A DNA stretch of 64,000 bases. Origin: Negaprion brevirostris. Taxonomy: Eukaryota. The stretch is taken from NCBI GenBank assembly GCA_030324005.1, contig JARDVH010000110.1, forward strand, positions 69,196,341 to 69,260,340. The letters run 5' to 3'. Made by a program: the position numbers and the translations under genes. Below are positions 1-11,839 of the stretch, piece by piece. Numbering within the stretch: the stretch's first letter is position 1; each line of letters starts with the position of its first letter. The notes beneath the pieces are model-generated. The model had not been told where the DNA came from and made no database searches. It saw only the letters and a program-made list of their open reading frames with translations.

Positions 1-120
1 GGGAGAAAGCGGGAAAGTGGAACTGATCCACTTCAGATCAGCCATGATCTTATTGAATGATGGGGCAGGCTCGAAGGGCGAGATGGCTACTCCTGCTCCT
101 ATTTCTTATGTTCTTATGAT
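1..120 (+). mobile_element. CR1-like LINE 3' tail fragment
   Basis: Typical tail ...GGCTCGAAGGG...CTCCTGCTCCTATTTCTTATGTTCTTATG. Confidence 0.7.
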
Positions 121-909
121 GGTTTAATGGGATTGTTCTGTTATTATATGTAAATTATCGTCAAGCCCATGTTAAATTTTGTTCTGGGAATTCATGTCAT
201 GCGTTCAACCTTTTTAAAACCCCTCACTATTTATTTAAATCGATGGGAAAGTTGACTTTGTCCCAGGATGCTTAAGCCTGTAAATGTAACTATTTTTGAG
301 GAACTTTTTGCATCCACAGGACTGTGCAAGTACAGCACACTTTCATTGATATGAGCGTCATAGTTCCACATTGCTGCTGCAAAATATTTGTTTCATTTCT
401 AGTCGTCATGGTCGCAGTGCATTACTTATTATTTACTAACATCAGCATGTCCTTCTTTGAATGTCAGACCATTCCAAATTGATTAGTTAGTTCTATATCA
501 TTGTTTAGGATGGCTTTCAGTTGACGTTTAACAGCAGAGCGGAAGCAAGACTGCTCCTGCATTTTTATGGCGGATTGACTCGTTGAAATGAGAATTGGTT
601 TGATGACAGAAGTCTGAAGAGATATTCCTCCAATGCCATAGAACCTTATCAGTTTGTGTTGAGCCAATACTCTAAAACACCCTGATGTTAATTAGTTGGA
701 ACTGCTAACCTGGGACTATAACAATTAGCATCTAATCAGTTTATCTGTGCTTGGCTGAAATTCCTACTATGTTGCCAAGAAAGCTATCCTTTCATTGCAC
801 GGATATATGCATGCCAGTGTTCCTAGCAAGATACCTACATTTGCACATTTAGAGTGTATGCAATGAAGTCAAAACTTCCATTGTATTTATATTTACAAAG
901 TTAAAGGAG

Positions 910-1890
910 GCCTGTGACCAGCACTATGCTGCAGGGATTAGTGCTGGGTCCACTGTTGTTTGTCATTAAAATAAAGGATATGAATGAAAATATAGAAGCC
1001 ACGTTTAGTAAATATTGTTTTAGTGAACTCTGAGGAAAGTTATCTAAGACTTAAGTGGAATCTTAATCAATGAACCAGTGGGCTGAGGAATGGCAGATAG
1101 AGTTTAATTCAAATAAGTGCGAGGTGTTGTATTTTGGTAAGACAAACCAGGGCAGGACTTTCACAGCCAATGCCCTGTGAATTGTTGCCAGAGAGACCTA
1201 GAAGTGGAGGTAGATACTTCCTGGAAAGTGGCATCAGAGGTAGACTGGATTCTGAAGAGGGCGTTTAGCACACTTGTCTTCATCAGTCAGAGCATTGAGT
1301 ACAGCAGTTAGGACATTATTGTTACAACTGTACAAGACCCTGATAAGGATACATCTGGAGTGCTGTGCACATTTCTCGTCGCTCTGCTACAGGAAGGACG
1401 TTGTTAAATTGGAAAGGATGCAAAAAAAGATTTACAAAGATATTACCGAGGCTGGAATGTTTGAATTATAGGGAGTGATAGAATAGTTTGGGACTTTTTT
1501 CCCTGGAGTGTCGGAGGATGAGGGGTGACCTTTTTGGAGGCTTGTAAAATCATAGACAACATGAACCTCCAAGGTCTTCTCCCCACGGTAGGGGAGTCCA
1601 AAACTAGAAGGTATAGGTTCAAAGTGCGAGTAGAAAATTAAAAAGGCATCGGAGGGGGTCACATTTTCACACAAAATGGTTTGCATATATGGAACGAATT
1701 GCCAGAGGAGATGGCAGATGTAGGTACAAATACAATATTTAAAAGACTTTTGGACAAATACATTGATAGGAATGGTTTGAAGGTATATGGGCCAAACACA
1801 GGCAAATGGGACTGGTTCCCTTCTTGGCATGGACGAGTTAGGCTGAAAGGCTTGTTTCTGTGCTGTGCATCTCTGTAAATCTATCACTCA
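910..1890 (+). mobile_element. Degenerate 5'-truncated CR1-like LINE
   Basis: RT/C-terminal remnants (QGLVLGPLLF; LYKTLIRIHLECCAHFS..YRKDVVKLERMQK; WNELPEEM..FKRLLD) followed by the 3' tail. Confidence 0.85.
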
Positions 1891-2431
1891 ATGACTTCCT
1901 GGCATATTCTCCATAGATCTTTTCCCGGATGCCAACATTTCAGGATGTTCGTAAATTATATCATTTACACAAAGTCGCAATGCAATTGTTTCTCTCAGTG
2001 ATGTCTATATCCACGAATACTTTATCATATCAAAGAAACATGGTGAATTTTAGAGTGGCATTTAGAAATGATAGAAATATTGCATTAAGCTAGAATACAT
2101 TTAATGTGAATCAAATTAAGCTGATGTGCGTGTATAGGACCTGGTATCAATAGTAAGAAAAAATGCAATGATCACACATCAACCAATGAGAGGTTTTCAG
2201 CAACGAGAAAGGTAGTAATTGTGCCAATTGAAAGTGGAAAAGTACTTGGAAGTTAATGGTTTCGAGTTTTGAATACTTATTTTGCAAATTTATTGTATGT
2301 CCAGTTCTGGTGTACGGTCTGTAGTTTTGATCAAAAGTATTTGTCCTGCCCTCGAACTTGATAGTATACTGTCTCTGGATTAACTGTTTTCAAATGTCTA
2401 ACAATTACATGTATGCTGTGCGTTAGAACAA

Positions 2432-2714
2432 ATCATTGGATCATGGAATCCACACAGTGCAGGAGGAGGCCATTCGACCATCGAGTCTGCACCAACCACA
2501 ATCCCACCCAGGCCTAGTAACCCTGCTAATCCCCCTGATATTAGGGTCAATTTAGCATGGCCAATCAACCTAGCCAGCAGATCTTTGGACTCTGGGAGGA
2601 ACCCCATGCAAATACGGGGAGAATGTATACACTTCATATAGACAGCGACCCGAGGCCGGATTTGAACACTGGCGCTGTGAAGCAGTAATGTGAACCACTG
2701 TGCCACCATGCCAC
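2432..2714 (-). mobile_element. tRNA-derived HE1-like shark SINE
   Basis: The reverse strand begins GTGGCATGGTGGCACAGTGGTT..CTGCTTCACAGCGCCAG (A-box head) and ends in a CR1-type tail. Confidence 0.85.
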
Positions 2715-3129
2715 ACTCAAAATGAAAGAGTTCCTGTATGTATCCTTTTCAAGTGTTGAGCACCCGGATGAAATTGACAGTAACAAAATATTGAACTTGA
2801 GTGTAAGAATAGAGGGTGCTGAATATACAGTTCTGGATATTCATGCAAGGTTCGAGATAAGAAAACTTATTCACAAAATATTGGAGTTTGTGTACAGAGA
2901 TTATTTCAGATCCAAAACCACTGGATCAGGTTCAGTGGTTAAGATGACTTGGTGGATGCCGAGAAGAGAAGCAGAGGATTTTGGAATTGTCAGTGCAGTA
3001 ATGCCCAGTGTTTAATTGCATCGGAGAACAAGGAAATATATTACAGACTTCCTTTGGTGATAATTAGCAGCTCCTTAGGAATGGAAACAATAACGGAATC
3101 ATCATACTTGGATAATAGAAAGATAGAAA

Positions 3130-3750
3130 ATAGAATCATGTCTGATCAATAATTTCAATACCATACTCCCGTCATCTCTTCATCCCCTTGATGCCTTAGG
3201 ATTCTAGAACTCTATCTTTTTCCTTCTTAAATATATTCAGTGACTTGACATCCACAGCCTTGTGTGGTTGAGAATTCCACAGTTTCACCACCCTCTGAAT
3301 GAAGACATTTCTTGTCAGCTCCGTCCTAACTGGCCTACTCCATATCTTGAGACTGTGGCCCTTTGGTCTAGAGTCCCCCATTCCACCACATCCTCCCCCG
3401 CTTCCCGCTCCCAAACCTGGACAGAAGAAACATCTCCCACGCATCCATTCTTCCTACCACTGTAAGATTGTAATACGCGTCAATCAGATCCACTCTCATA
3501 CTTCTGTATTGCAATGAATACAGACCTAGACGACCCAATCTCTTCTCGAACGAGGATACCTCCTTCCCAAGAATCTGTCAAGTGAACATTTGCTGCACTC
3601 CCTCGAGGACACGTATATTATTTCTTAGTTAAGAAGAAGACAAAAACTGCATGCCATGAAACAGGCCAAAACCCCATACAGCTGCAATAAGAAAACATTT
3701 CGCCTGTACTCAAGTCCGCCTGCAATGAAGACCAACATGTCGGTTCCTTT
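3130..3750 (-). mobile_element. CR1-like LINE fragment
   Basis: Minus-strand KGHSLKI..RTELTRNVFIQRVVKLWNSQP..SLNIFKKEKD. Confidence 0.8.
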
Positions 3751-3959
3751 CTCAATTTTTATAAAAACGAACTATAAATAAAGTTCAATTAGCGAGACCA
3801 ATGACCCATGTGACACTGAATGTTTATTTCTCTTGTGTTCTTCCGTCATATATTCTATAAACATTATTCTTCAGATATTTGTTGCAATGCAGTTCCAGAG
3901 ATGTTTTTGACAACGCAATGATACCTATAGTATTGACAGAAAATCTTCATTCAATTTTT

Positions 3960-4160
3960 AATTGTGCAACAATAAATCTAAATATCTGCGGGGATTTCAG
4001 ACCTTTCCGCTTTAAGAAATGAGCGGTAGTGTCATTGGTTGAATTTGAATGTGTTTCTGTTCACCAATCAGAAGCTGAGATATGATTGGGGATCTGGACT
4101 GCCCCCTTCGCTACCCATCCACCACCACGCACGATCAGACGCAGTGTAACATTGGATAGC
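3960..4160 (+). promoter_or_regulatory. Conserved promoter module of V1
   Basis: TTGTGCAAC; GCTTTAAG 4009; ATTGG 4034; CCAATCAGAA 4064; GATCTGGACTGCCCCC; CCATCCACCACCAC. Paralogous to the other six promoters. Confidence 0.85.
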
Positions 4161-4369
4161 GAGCAGCTCGGCAGCATTTGTTCACGAATCCACTGGCAAT
4201 TTTAAACCAGAAATACAGGATTTTAATGAAATAATTCGAGCGATTCCAAAACAATCAGGTATTTGCTACATCGCAGTTGTCCAGGTTTAAAATATGTTGA
4301 TACAACTGTAAAAACGATAATTGATGGTACGGACACGTTCTGAAACAAGGGGAATGTGTTTCACTGGAA

Positions 4370-6823
4370 ATGAGATACAAAATATATTGGTTGCTAAAAT
4401 GCCAATTATTTTGTTGTGTATTCTCCTCGTGGAATCTAGTGTTTGGGCAGATTCGTTACTCGATTCCTGAAGAACTGCAACTGGGCGCCTTTGTCGGGAA
4501 TATCGCAGAAGATTTGGGTTTAGATATAAAGCAGCTCTCGGCTCGCAGTTTTCGGATTGCACCCGGGCCCAGGAAACAATATGTGGATATAAATTTGGAC
4601 ACTGGCGTTTTATTTGTGAAGGAGAAAATTGACAGAGAACAGATTTGCGGGCCTAGTTTGAGTTGTGTGATATCCTTGGACTGTTTGCTTGAAAATCCCT
4701 TAAAGCTGTACCAGGTCACAGTGGAAATTCTCGACGTGAATGACAATGCTCCCAGTTTCGCAAAGAAACAATTCCGCCTGGAAATGTCAGAGCTTTCTAC
4801 ACCGGGAAGCCGCTTTCCCCTCGAGTCCGCGCACGATCCGGACATTGGAACGAATTCCTTACAAACGTATGAGCTCCTCCCGAACGATCATTACATTCTC
4901 GATGTGCAAATGCGCAATGGGGTTGAGAAATTGCCAATATTGGTGTTACAGAGTTCCTTGGACAGAGAAACGGAATCCAGCCACATATTAACGTTAATAG
5001 CCAAGGACGGAGGAATCCCTGTAAGATCCGGTACGGCTGAGGTTTTAATCAAAGTGAACGATGCAAACGACAACGCCCCTGTTTTTTCCCAGTCTGTTTA
5101 CAGAGTCACTCTATCGGAAACAGCACCTACAGGAACGCGGGTAATTGTATTAAATGCCACTGATTTGGACGATGGCCCCAGTGGAGAAATAATGTACTCG
5201 CTCAGTAGCCACACTTCTGCTGGAGCTCGGGAAATGTTTGACGTTACCAAAGCTGGTGAGATCAGATTGAAAGGGAAATTGGACTATGAACAGAACAAGG
5301 TTTTTCAGATTAGTATACAAGCAATGGACAAGAGTCCATACCCAATGTCCGGGCACTGTGATGTTTTGGTGAATATTATTGATGTGAATGATAATGCGCC
5401 TGAGGTGACGGTGAGGACTTTGTCCAGCACAGTTTCAGAAGATGCTCCAGTTGGAACTGTAGTCGCTCTGTTCAGTGCAGCAGATAAAGATTCGNNNNNN
5501 NNNNNNNNNNNNNNNNNNNNNNNNNNNNNNNNNNNNNNNNNNNNNNNNNNNNNNNNNNNNNNNNNNNNNNNNNNNNNNNNNNNNNNNNNNNNNNNNNNNN
5601 NNNNNNNNNNNNNNNNNNNNNNNNNNNNNNNNNNNNNNNNNNNNNNNNNNNNNNNNNNNNNNNNNNNNNNNNNNNNNNNNNNNNNNNNNNNNNNNNNNNN
5701 NNNNNNNNNNNNNNNNNNNNNNNNNNNNNNNNNNNNNNNNNNNNNNNNNNNNNNNNNNNNNNNNNNNNNNNNNNNNNNNNNNNNNNNNNNNNNNNNNNNN
5801 NNNNNNNNNNNNNNNNNNNNNNNNNNNNNNNNNNNNNNNNNNNNNNNNNNNNNNNNNNNNNNNNNNNNNNNNNNNNNNNNNNNNNNNNNNNNNNNNNNNN
5901 NNNNNNNNNNNNNNNNNNNNNNNNNNNNNNNNNNNNNNNNNNNNNNNNNNNNNNNNNNNNNNNNNNNNNNNNNNNNNNNNNNNNNNNNNNNNNNNNNNNN
6001 NNNNNNNNNNNNNNNNNNNNNNNNNNNNNNNNNNNNNNNNNNNNNNNNNNNNNNNNNNNNNNNNNNNNNNNNNNNNNNNNNNNNNNNNNNNNNNNNNNNN
6101 NNNNNNNNNNNNNNNNNNTACTTGGTTGCTAAGGTATCGGCCACTGATGCTGACGCCGGGCAGAACGCTCGCCTTTCTTATTCCATTTTTCAGGCCACCC
6201 AGCATAACCTTTTTACTATTTCACCAGACACTGGGGAAATTTGGACTATCCGGCGTATTGAGAATAAAGATGCCTCTCAGCAAAGGTTGGTGATTGTGGT
6301 AAAAGACAATGGAACACCATCACTTTCTGCCACAGTGACCATCATCTTATCTGTGGTAGGTGGAGACACTAAAATATTCCCCAGCGGCAGTGGGTCGACT
6401 GAACGTCCAGGTTTTCCTCCGGATCTCAGTCTTTCCTTGGTCATAGCATTAGGAGTAATTTCTATCATTTTTCTGATTATTTTAATTATCCTCGCTATGA
6501 AGGTTCATAAAAGCAGAAATGTTTTGGGAGGTCAGCCCTGTTCCCTAGGTGTTTGTCGCTGTTTTGAAACAAGACATTCTCTGAATGGAATTCAAAAGGC
6601 CAGTAGAAATCTTCAGATACCACCCAACTACGTTGAGGTATTCGGGGGTGATCCACTTTCTCAGAGCTTCCGCTATGAGTCATGTTCAACATTGCAGTCA
6701 ACAAAGAGAGACTTCATATCCCCCAGGTCATCTGCAGACAAGAATTATGTCCGAAATGAGCCTATTGGTAAAGAACACCCAGGGTTATTGAATTGTGAAA
6801 AATACAATTCTGTGAACAATGAG
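4370..6823 (+). CDS. Clustered protocadherin variable exon V1 (SP-EC1-6-TM-VCD); EC4-EC5 lies in an N-gap
   Basis: ORF starts MRYKIYWLLK..GQIRYSIPEE. It has cadherin motifs DRE, DxNDNAP and AxDxD, the EC1 C-x5-C, a TM segment and the VCD motif QIPPNYVEVFGGDPLSQSFRYE. Donor GAG|GTGAG at 6823/6824 (phase 0). The N-gap 5495-6118 (624 nt) equals the length of the equivalent segment in V5. Confidence 0.95.
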
Positions 6824-8004
6824 GTGAGCTGCTTAAAGAAAGAAAACACATTATACACTGATGCATTTGGATGTTATGACAAAAGCTGGAAAATCCAGCA
6901 TTTGTAAATGATGAAATGAGAGTGATTTCTTTAAATATTTCATTCACTTTTTGTGGTGATATTTTCATTTTCAATTAATATCTCGTGCCCGATGTTCCTA
7001 CCTGACAGGATGTGTTTACTAGTGTTTCCTCATTATATGTAATTCCTATGCATTGCCACATCGAGTTGATCCAAAGTTCTTTTGTCCATATAATTGCATG
7101 GATATTTTCTAAGCAGATATACTTTTATTTCTGTGCTCAGCAAGTTTAGAGACTATATTCATTAAAAATTAAATTTTAACTCGCCAGGAATTTGTATGTA
7201 ACGATGGCAGCAGAGTTGGGCTACCAGAGTANNNNNNNNNNNNNNNNNNNNNNNNNNNNNNNNNNNNNNNNNNNNNNNNNNNNNNNNNNNNNNNNNNNNN
7301 NNNNNNNNNNNNNNNNNNNNNNNNNNNNNNNNNNNNNNNNNNNNNNNNNNNNNNNNNNNNNNNNNNNNNNNNNNNNNNNNNNNNNNNNNNNNNNNNNNNN
7401 NNNNNNNNNNNNNNNNNNNNNNNNNNNNNNNNNNNNNNNNNNNNNNNNNNNNNNNNNNNNNNNNNNNNNNNNNNNNNNNNNNNNNNNNNNNNNNNNNNNN
7501 NNNNNNNNNNNNNNNNNNNNNNNNNNNNNNNNNNNNNNNNNNNNNNNNNNNNNNNNNNNNNNNNNNNNNNNNNNNNNNNNNNNNNNNNNNNNNNNNNNNN
7601 NNNNNNNNNNNNNNNNNNNNNNNNNNNNNNNNNNNNNNNNNNNNNNNNNNNNNNNNNNNNNNNNNNNNNNNNNNNNNNNNNNNNNNNNNNNNNNNNNNNN
7701 NNNNNNNNNNNNNNNNNNNNNNNNNNNNNNNNNNNNNNNNNNNNNNNNNNNNNNNNNNNNNNNNNNNNAGACTGTACATATTTTATGTTGCCAGGTGTAA
7801 GGTTAAATTCAAATAAATGTATTTAGTGGAAAAGCAAAATGACGAAATATAGCAAATTGTAAGTTTCTGTTGTCAGTAGTGTCCAAAGAAAGTTGTTTTG
7901 TTGGGCGGGAGTAAATATCCCTCGGATATTCACTATAGAATATTTCTCAATGAATATTTCAATACAGAGAGCTAAAATCGTGGAGAAAAAAAATAACTAT
8001 ATTT

Positions 8005-8190
8005 TTAGTTGTACAACTTTAAGAAAATGACTCGTCAAGACATTCTAGCTTTAAGAAGCGATGCGTGCAATGATTGGTTGAACGTGTGAGCACGCTGCTA
8101 ACCAATCAGAATTTGAAATGTGATTGGAGATCTTGACTGCCCCCTTGCCTGCTCACCAACCATCACACTCAATCAGAGACAGTGTAAAGC
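8005..8190 (+). promoter_or_regulatory. Conserved promoter module of V2
   Basis: TTGTACAAC; GCTTTAAG 8048; ATTGG 8073; CGCTG 8093; CCAATCAGAA 8102; GATCTTGACTGCCCCC. Confidence 0.85.
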
Positions 8191-8417
8191 CGAATGGCGA
8201 ACTGCGTCGCATATATGGGTTCTTTGCGGCTCTTGAGGATTTTCAGAAAAATAGGACTGTTTATCGAAAATAATCTCAGTAGGGAGAAAATCATGGATAT
8301 ATTTTAGACATTGCAGCTCCTCTTCTCCAAGAAAATGATGTATAAAGGCCTCGACTTCAAGGATTGTATGAACAGCGCTGCACAGCGCTGAAGCAATTGG
8401 AACGCTTTGTGCTGGCG

Positions 8418-10886
8418 ATGGGATATTATCAAATATATTGGTGGCTAAATTGGCAAGTGGTGTATTGTGTGCCCGTTTTCTGGGCTGTGGTTTCTGGACA
8501 GATCCGCTATTCGATTCCTGAGGAACTGCAAACAGGCGCCTTTGTTGGAAATATTGCAGAAGACCTGGGATTACGGACAGAACAGCTCTCTGCTCGGAAT
8601 TTTCGGGTCGTGCCTGGTCCCCGGAAGCAGTATTTGCAGGTAAATTTAGACAATGGGATTTTGTTTGTGAAAGAAAATATTGACAGGGAGAAGCTCTGTG
8701 GCTCGGTGCTCGTATGCATGTTATTTCTGGAGGCCGTGATCGAAAACCCATTGACCGTATATCACGTCGAAGTGGAGGTCCTCGATGTAAATGACAATGC
8801 TCCCAGTTTCCCAAACAGCGAGTTTCGCCTCAAAATCTCTGAGCTTGCTGCACCGGGAGCGCGCTTCGCCCTGGAGTACGCGCACGATCCGGACGTTGGA
8901 ACCAACTCCCTGCAAAGCTATCAGCTGGTGGCTAACGAATACTTCGCACTAAGTATTGATTCGCGCGGTGGGGACGGAAAGTTGCCAGTATTAGTGCTGG
9001 AACGATCCTTGGATAGAGAAAAGCAATCGACCCACACGTTAGAGCTGATTGCCAAAGACGGTGGGGTTCCTCCAAAGTCAGGTACTGCTGAAATCATAAT
9101 TATAGTGCAGGATGAGAACGACAACGCACCGGTATTTGCAAACTCAGTTTATAGAATTAACCTGTTAGAAAACTCGCCTAAAGGAACATTGCTTATCAAA
9201 CTAAATGCCACTGATTTAGATGATGGTCGCAATGGAGAGATATTGTACTCTTTCAGCAGCCAAACCTCAGCTCGAGTCCGTGAAGTGTTCCGTGTGGATT
9301 CCAAATCTGGTGAAGTCAGAGTTAAAGGAATGTTGGATTATGAAGTAGACACTGGATTTGAGATTAATGTGCAAGCTCTGGACCAGGGCCCTCATCCAAT
9401 TCCAGGATACTGTCACATTTTAGTTAACATTATCGATGTCAATGATAACGCACCTGAGGTGACGCTAACGTCTTTATTCAGTCCTGTCAGTGAAAACTCC
9501 AAAGCCGGAACGGTGGTTGCTCTGATCAGCGTCTCGGACAAAGATTCCGGAGAGAATGGGCAGGTAGTCTGCGAAATCGAGAGTGTTCTGCCTTTCAGAT
9601 TAGATTCTTCGTTAAGGAACTATTACAGACTGCTGACTCGCCAGCTGCTGGATCGAGAAAATAACTCAAAGTTTGACCTTTCCATTATCTGCAGTGATTC
9701 GGGTTCCCCTCCTCTGTCATCCAGGAAAACTATCCGCGTGGAAATCTCGGACATAAATGACAACGCGCCACGTTTTACGCAGACATCCTATGCAGCCTAT
9801 GTGATGGAGAACAATGTTATTGGAACTTCAATCTTCGCAGTGACGGCTGTAGATTCGGATTTGAACCAGAATGCCCGCTTATTCTACACTATTCTCGAGA
9901 ACCAGGTTCAGAGCGAGCCGGTGTCCAGTTACGTCAATATTAATTCCAAAAATGGGGTCATATCTTCTCAGAGAGCTTTTGATTACGAGCAACTGAAAAA
10001 CTTTCAGATCCAAGTGCAGGTAAGGGACTCTGGGGTCCCGTCATTGGCGAGCAATACCTCGGTGGATGTCATTATCCTTGATCAAAATGATAATGCCCCG
10101 GTAATCATCCATCCTTTGATGGAGTACGGCTCAACAGCGTTGGAGACTGTGTCAAGGTTGGCAGAGCCAGGCTCCCTGGTCACTAAGGTAACGGCCACTG
10201 ATGCTGACTCTGGCCAGAATGCCCGACTATTTTACCAGATACTCCAGTCCACTGACCCTGGACTTTTCACCATTTCATCAGATACAGGAGAAATCTGGAC
10301 AATTCGAGGCTTCATGAGTCAAGATGCAAATAAACAAAGGCTGGTTGNNNNNNNAAACGACAATGGAACACCAATGCTTTCAGCCACAATGACACTCATA
10401 CTGTCAGTGGTGGAGGACGACACAGAGATACTCGCTGATATGAACAATTTAGCTGAAGGCCCTAATTTGACTAACAATACAAGTTTTTACATAGTTATAT
10501 TGTTAGGGGCAATTTCGTCCATTTTTCTAGTCATTTTAATTGCTCTAGCAGTTACAGTTCATCAAACCAGGAATCGTTTTGGTGGTGGTGGCTGTGCCCT
10601 CGGTGTGCGTTGCTGCTTTAGAACAAGGAGGTCTCACAATGGGATTCAGCAAGCCAGTCGAAATATCCAGATACCCCCCAACTACGTTGAGGTATTTGGG
10701 AGAGACCCACTTTCCCAAAGTTTCCGCTATGGGACCTGTTTGACTTCTGATTCGACCAAAGGAGAGTTCTTGTACTCTAACAGATGTAGTTCATCTGCCA
10801 GCAAGAATAATATCAACAACCAAACTGGGTGGGATAAAGAAAAGCCACCAGCATCATTTTCCTCCAATTGTAGGAATACTAGTGAG
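8418..10886 (+). CDS. Clustered protocadherin variable exon V2
   Basis: ATG at 8418 (MGYYQIYWWLNWQ) aligns with the paralog starts. 823 codons with six cadherin repeats, TM and VCD. Donor GAG|GTGAG at 10886. In-frame 7-N gap at 10348-10354. Confidence 0.96.
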
Positions 10887-11294
10887 GTGAGCCAGTTGTA
10901 ATGCAACTTCCGAAGTTACAGCAGTTCTGAAGAAGTAATATTTGATTCAAAACGTTAACTCTGTTTCTATCTCCACAGATGATATTGGATTTGCTGAGTA
11001 TCTCTAGCACATTCTGTTTTTATTACATATTTCCAGCACTCGCAGTATTTTGCATTTGTAATTTGACTTTATCAATTGAATCCACAAACGTCCATTGTAA
11101 TTGTTCCTTTGGTAGCATGAAGTTGAAATGGATGACTGTTAAATCTCGCATTGCTCTTTCTATTGTGTAAAGCAATCTCCAGATTCTGTGTAGTATTCGC
11201 GACGATACTTCTCCAATGCCGTAAGGAGAAATAATTGTGGCTCTTGGCATACTTCTTTCCATTGTTTAGCTCCCGATAACTGAATGAATGAGAA

Positions 11295-11390
11295 ATTAAT
11301 CTGTTCTTGTTGAGGTTAAATACGGACCAAGACACTGGGGGAGCTCTCCTGCTCTTCTTTGAAAATGCTACCATCTTTCATTCTCACCTA
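11295..11390 (-). mobile_element. Deu-domain SINE fragment
   Basis: Reverse complement of the GAAGAGCAGGAGAG..CCCAGTGTCTTGG..ATTTAACCTCAAC Deu-domain segment, also seen at 60.4 kb. Confidence 0.55.
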
Positions 11391-11419
11391 AAATGGGTTA
11401 AATGAAAGTTCACCAACCT

Positions 11420-11730
11420 GCATCCTGTAGTGGTAGGGTCGTCCTCTGAGGAGAGATTGAGGGGACCTGGCTTGTATTCCCTAGAGTTTAAAAGAATGAG
11501 AGACAATCTTATTGGAACTTATAGAATTCTTCAAGGGCTCGACAAGCTACATTAGAAAGGATGGTTCCCCTGGTTAGGAGGGTGGGGGGAGGGGTGGTGG
11601 GGGAGAATCTAAAACCAGGGCTACAGGGTCAGAACTAGAAGTGGGTCTTTTGGGACTGAGATGGGGAGGAATTTCCATATGGTGGTAAACCATTATCCCA
11701 GAGGCCTGTGGAGGCTCTGTCTTTGAGTAG
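11420..11730 (+). mobile_element. CR1-like LINE fragment
   Basis: TGAGGAGAGATTG..TTGTATTCCCTAGAGTTTAAAAGAATGAGA..GACTGAGATGGGGAGGAATT pattern. Confidence 0.7.
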
Positions 11731-11839
11731 CATCATTTAAATTTCAAGTGATTTTTCTATCAGATCATAAGACATTACAACTACTTGACCACACTCAAGT
11801 TGAATTAATATTGTTTATATAAAAAGTAAATTTATTTCT

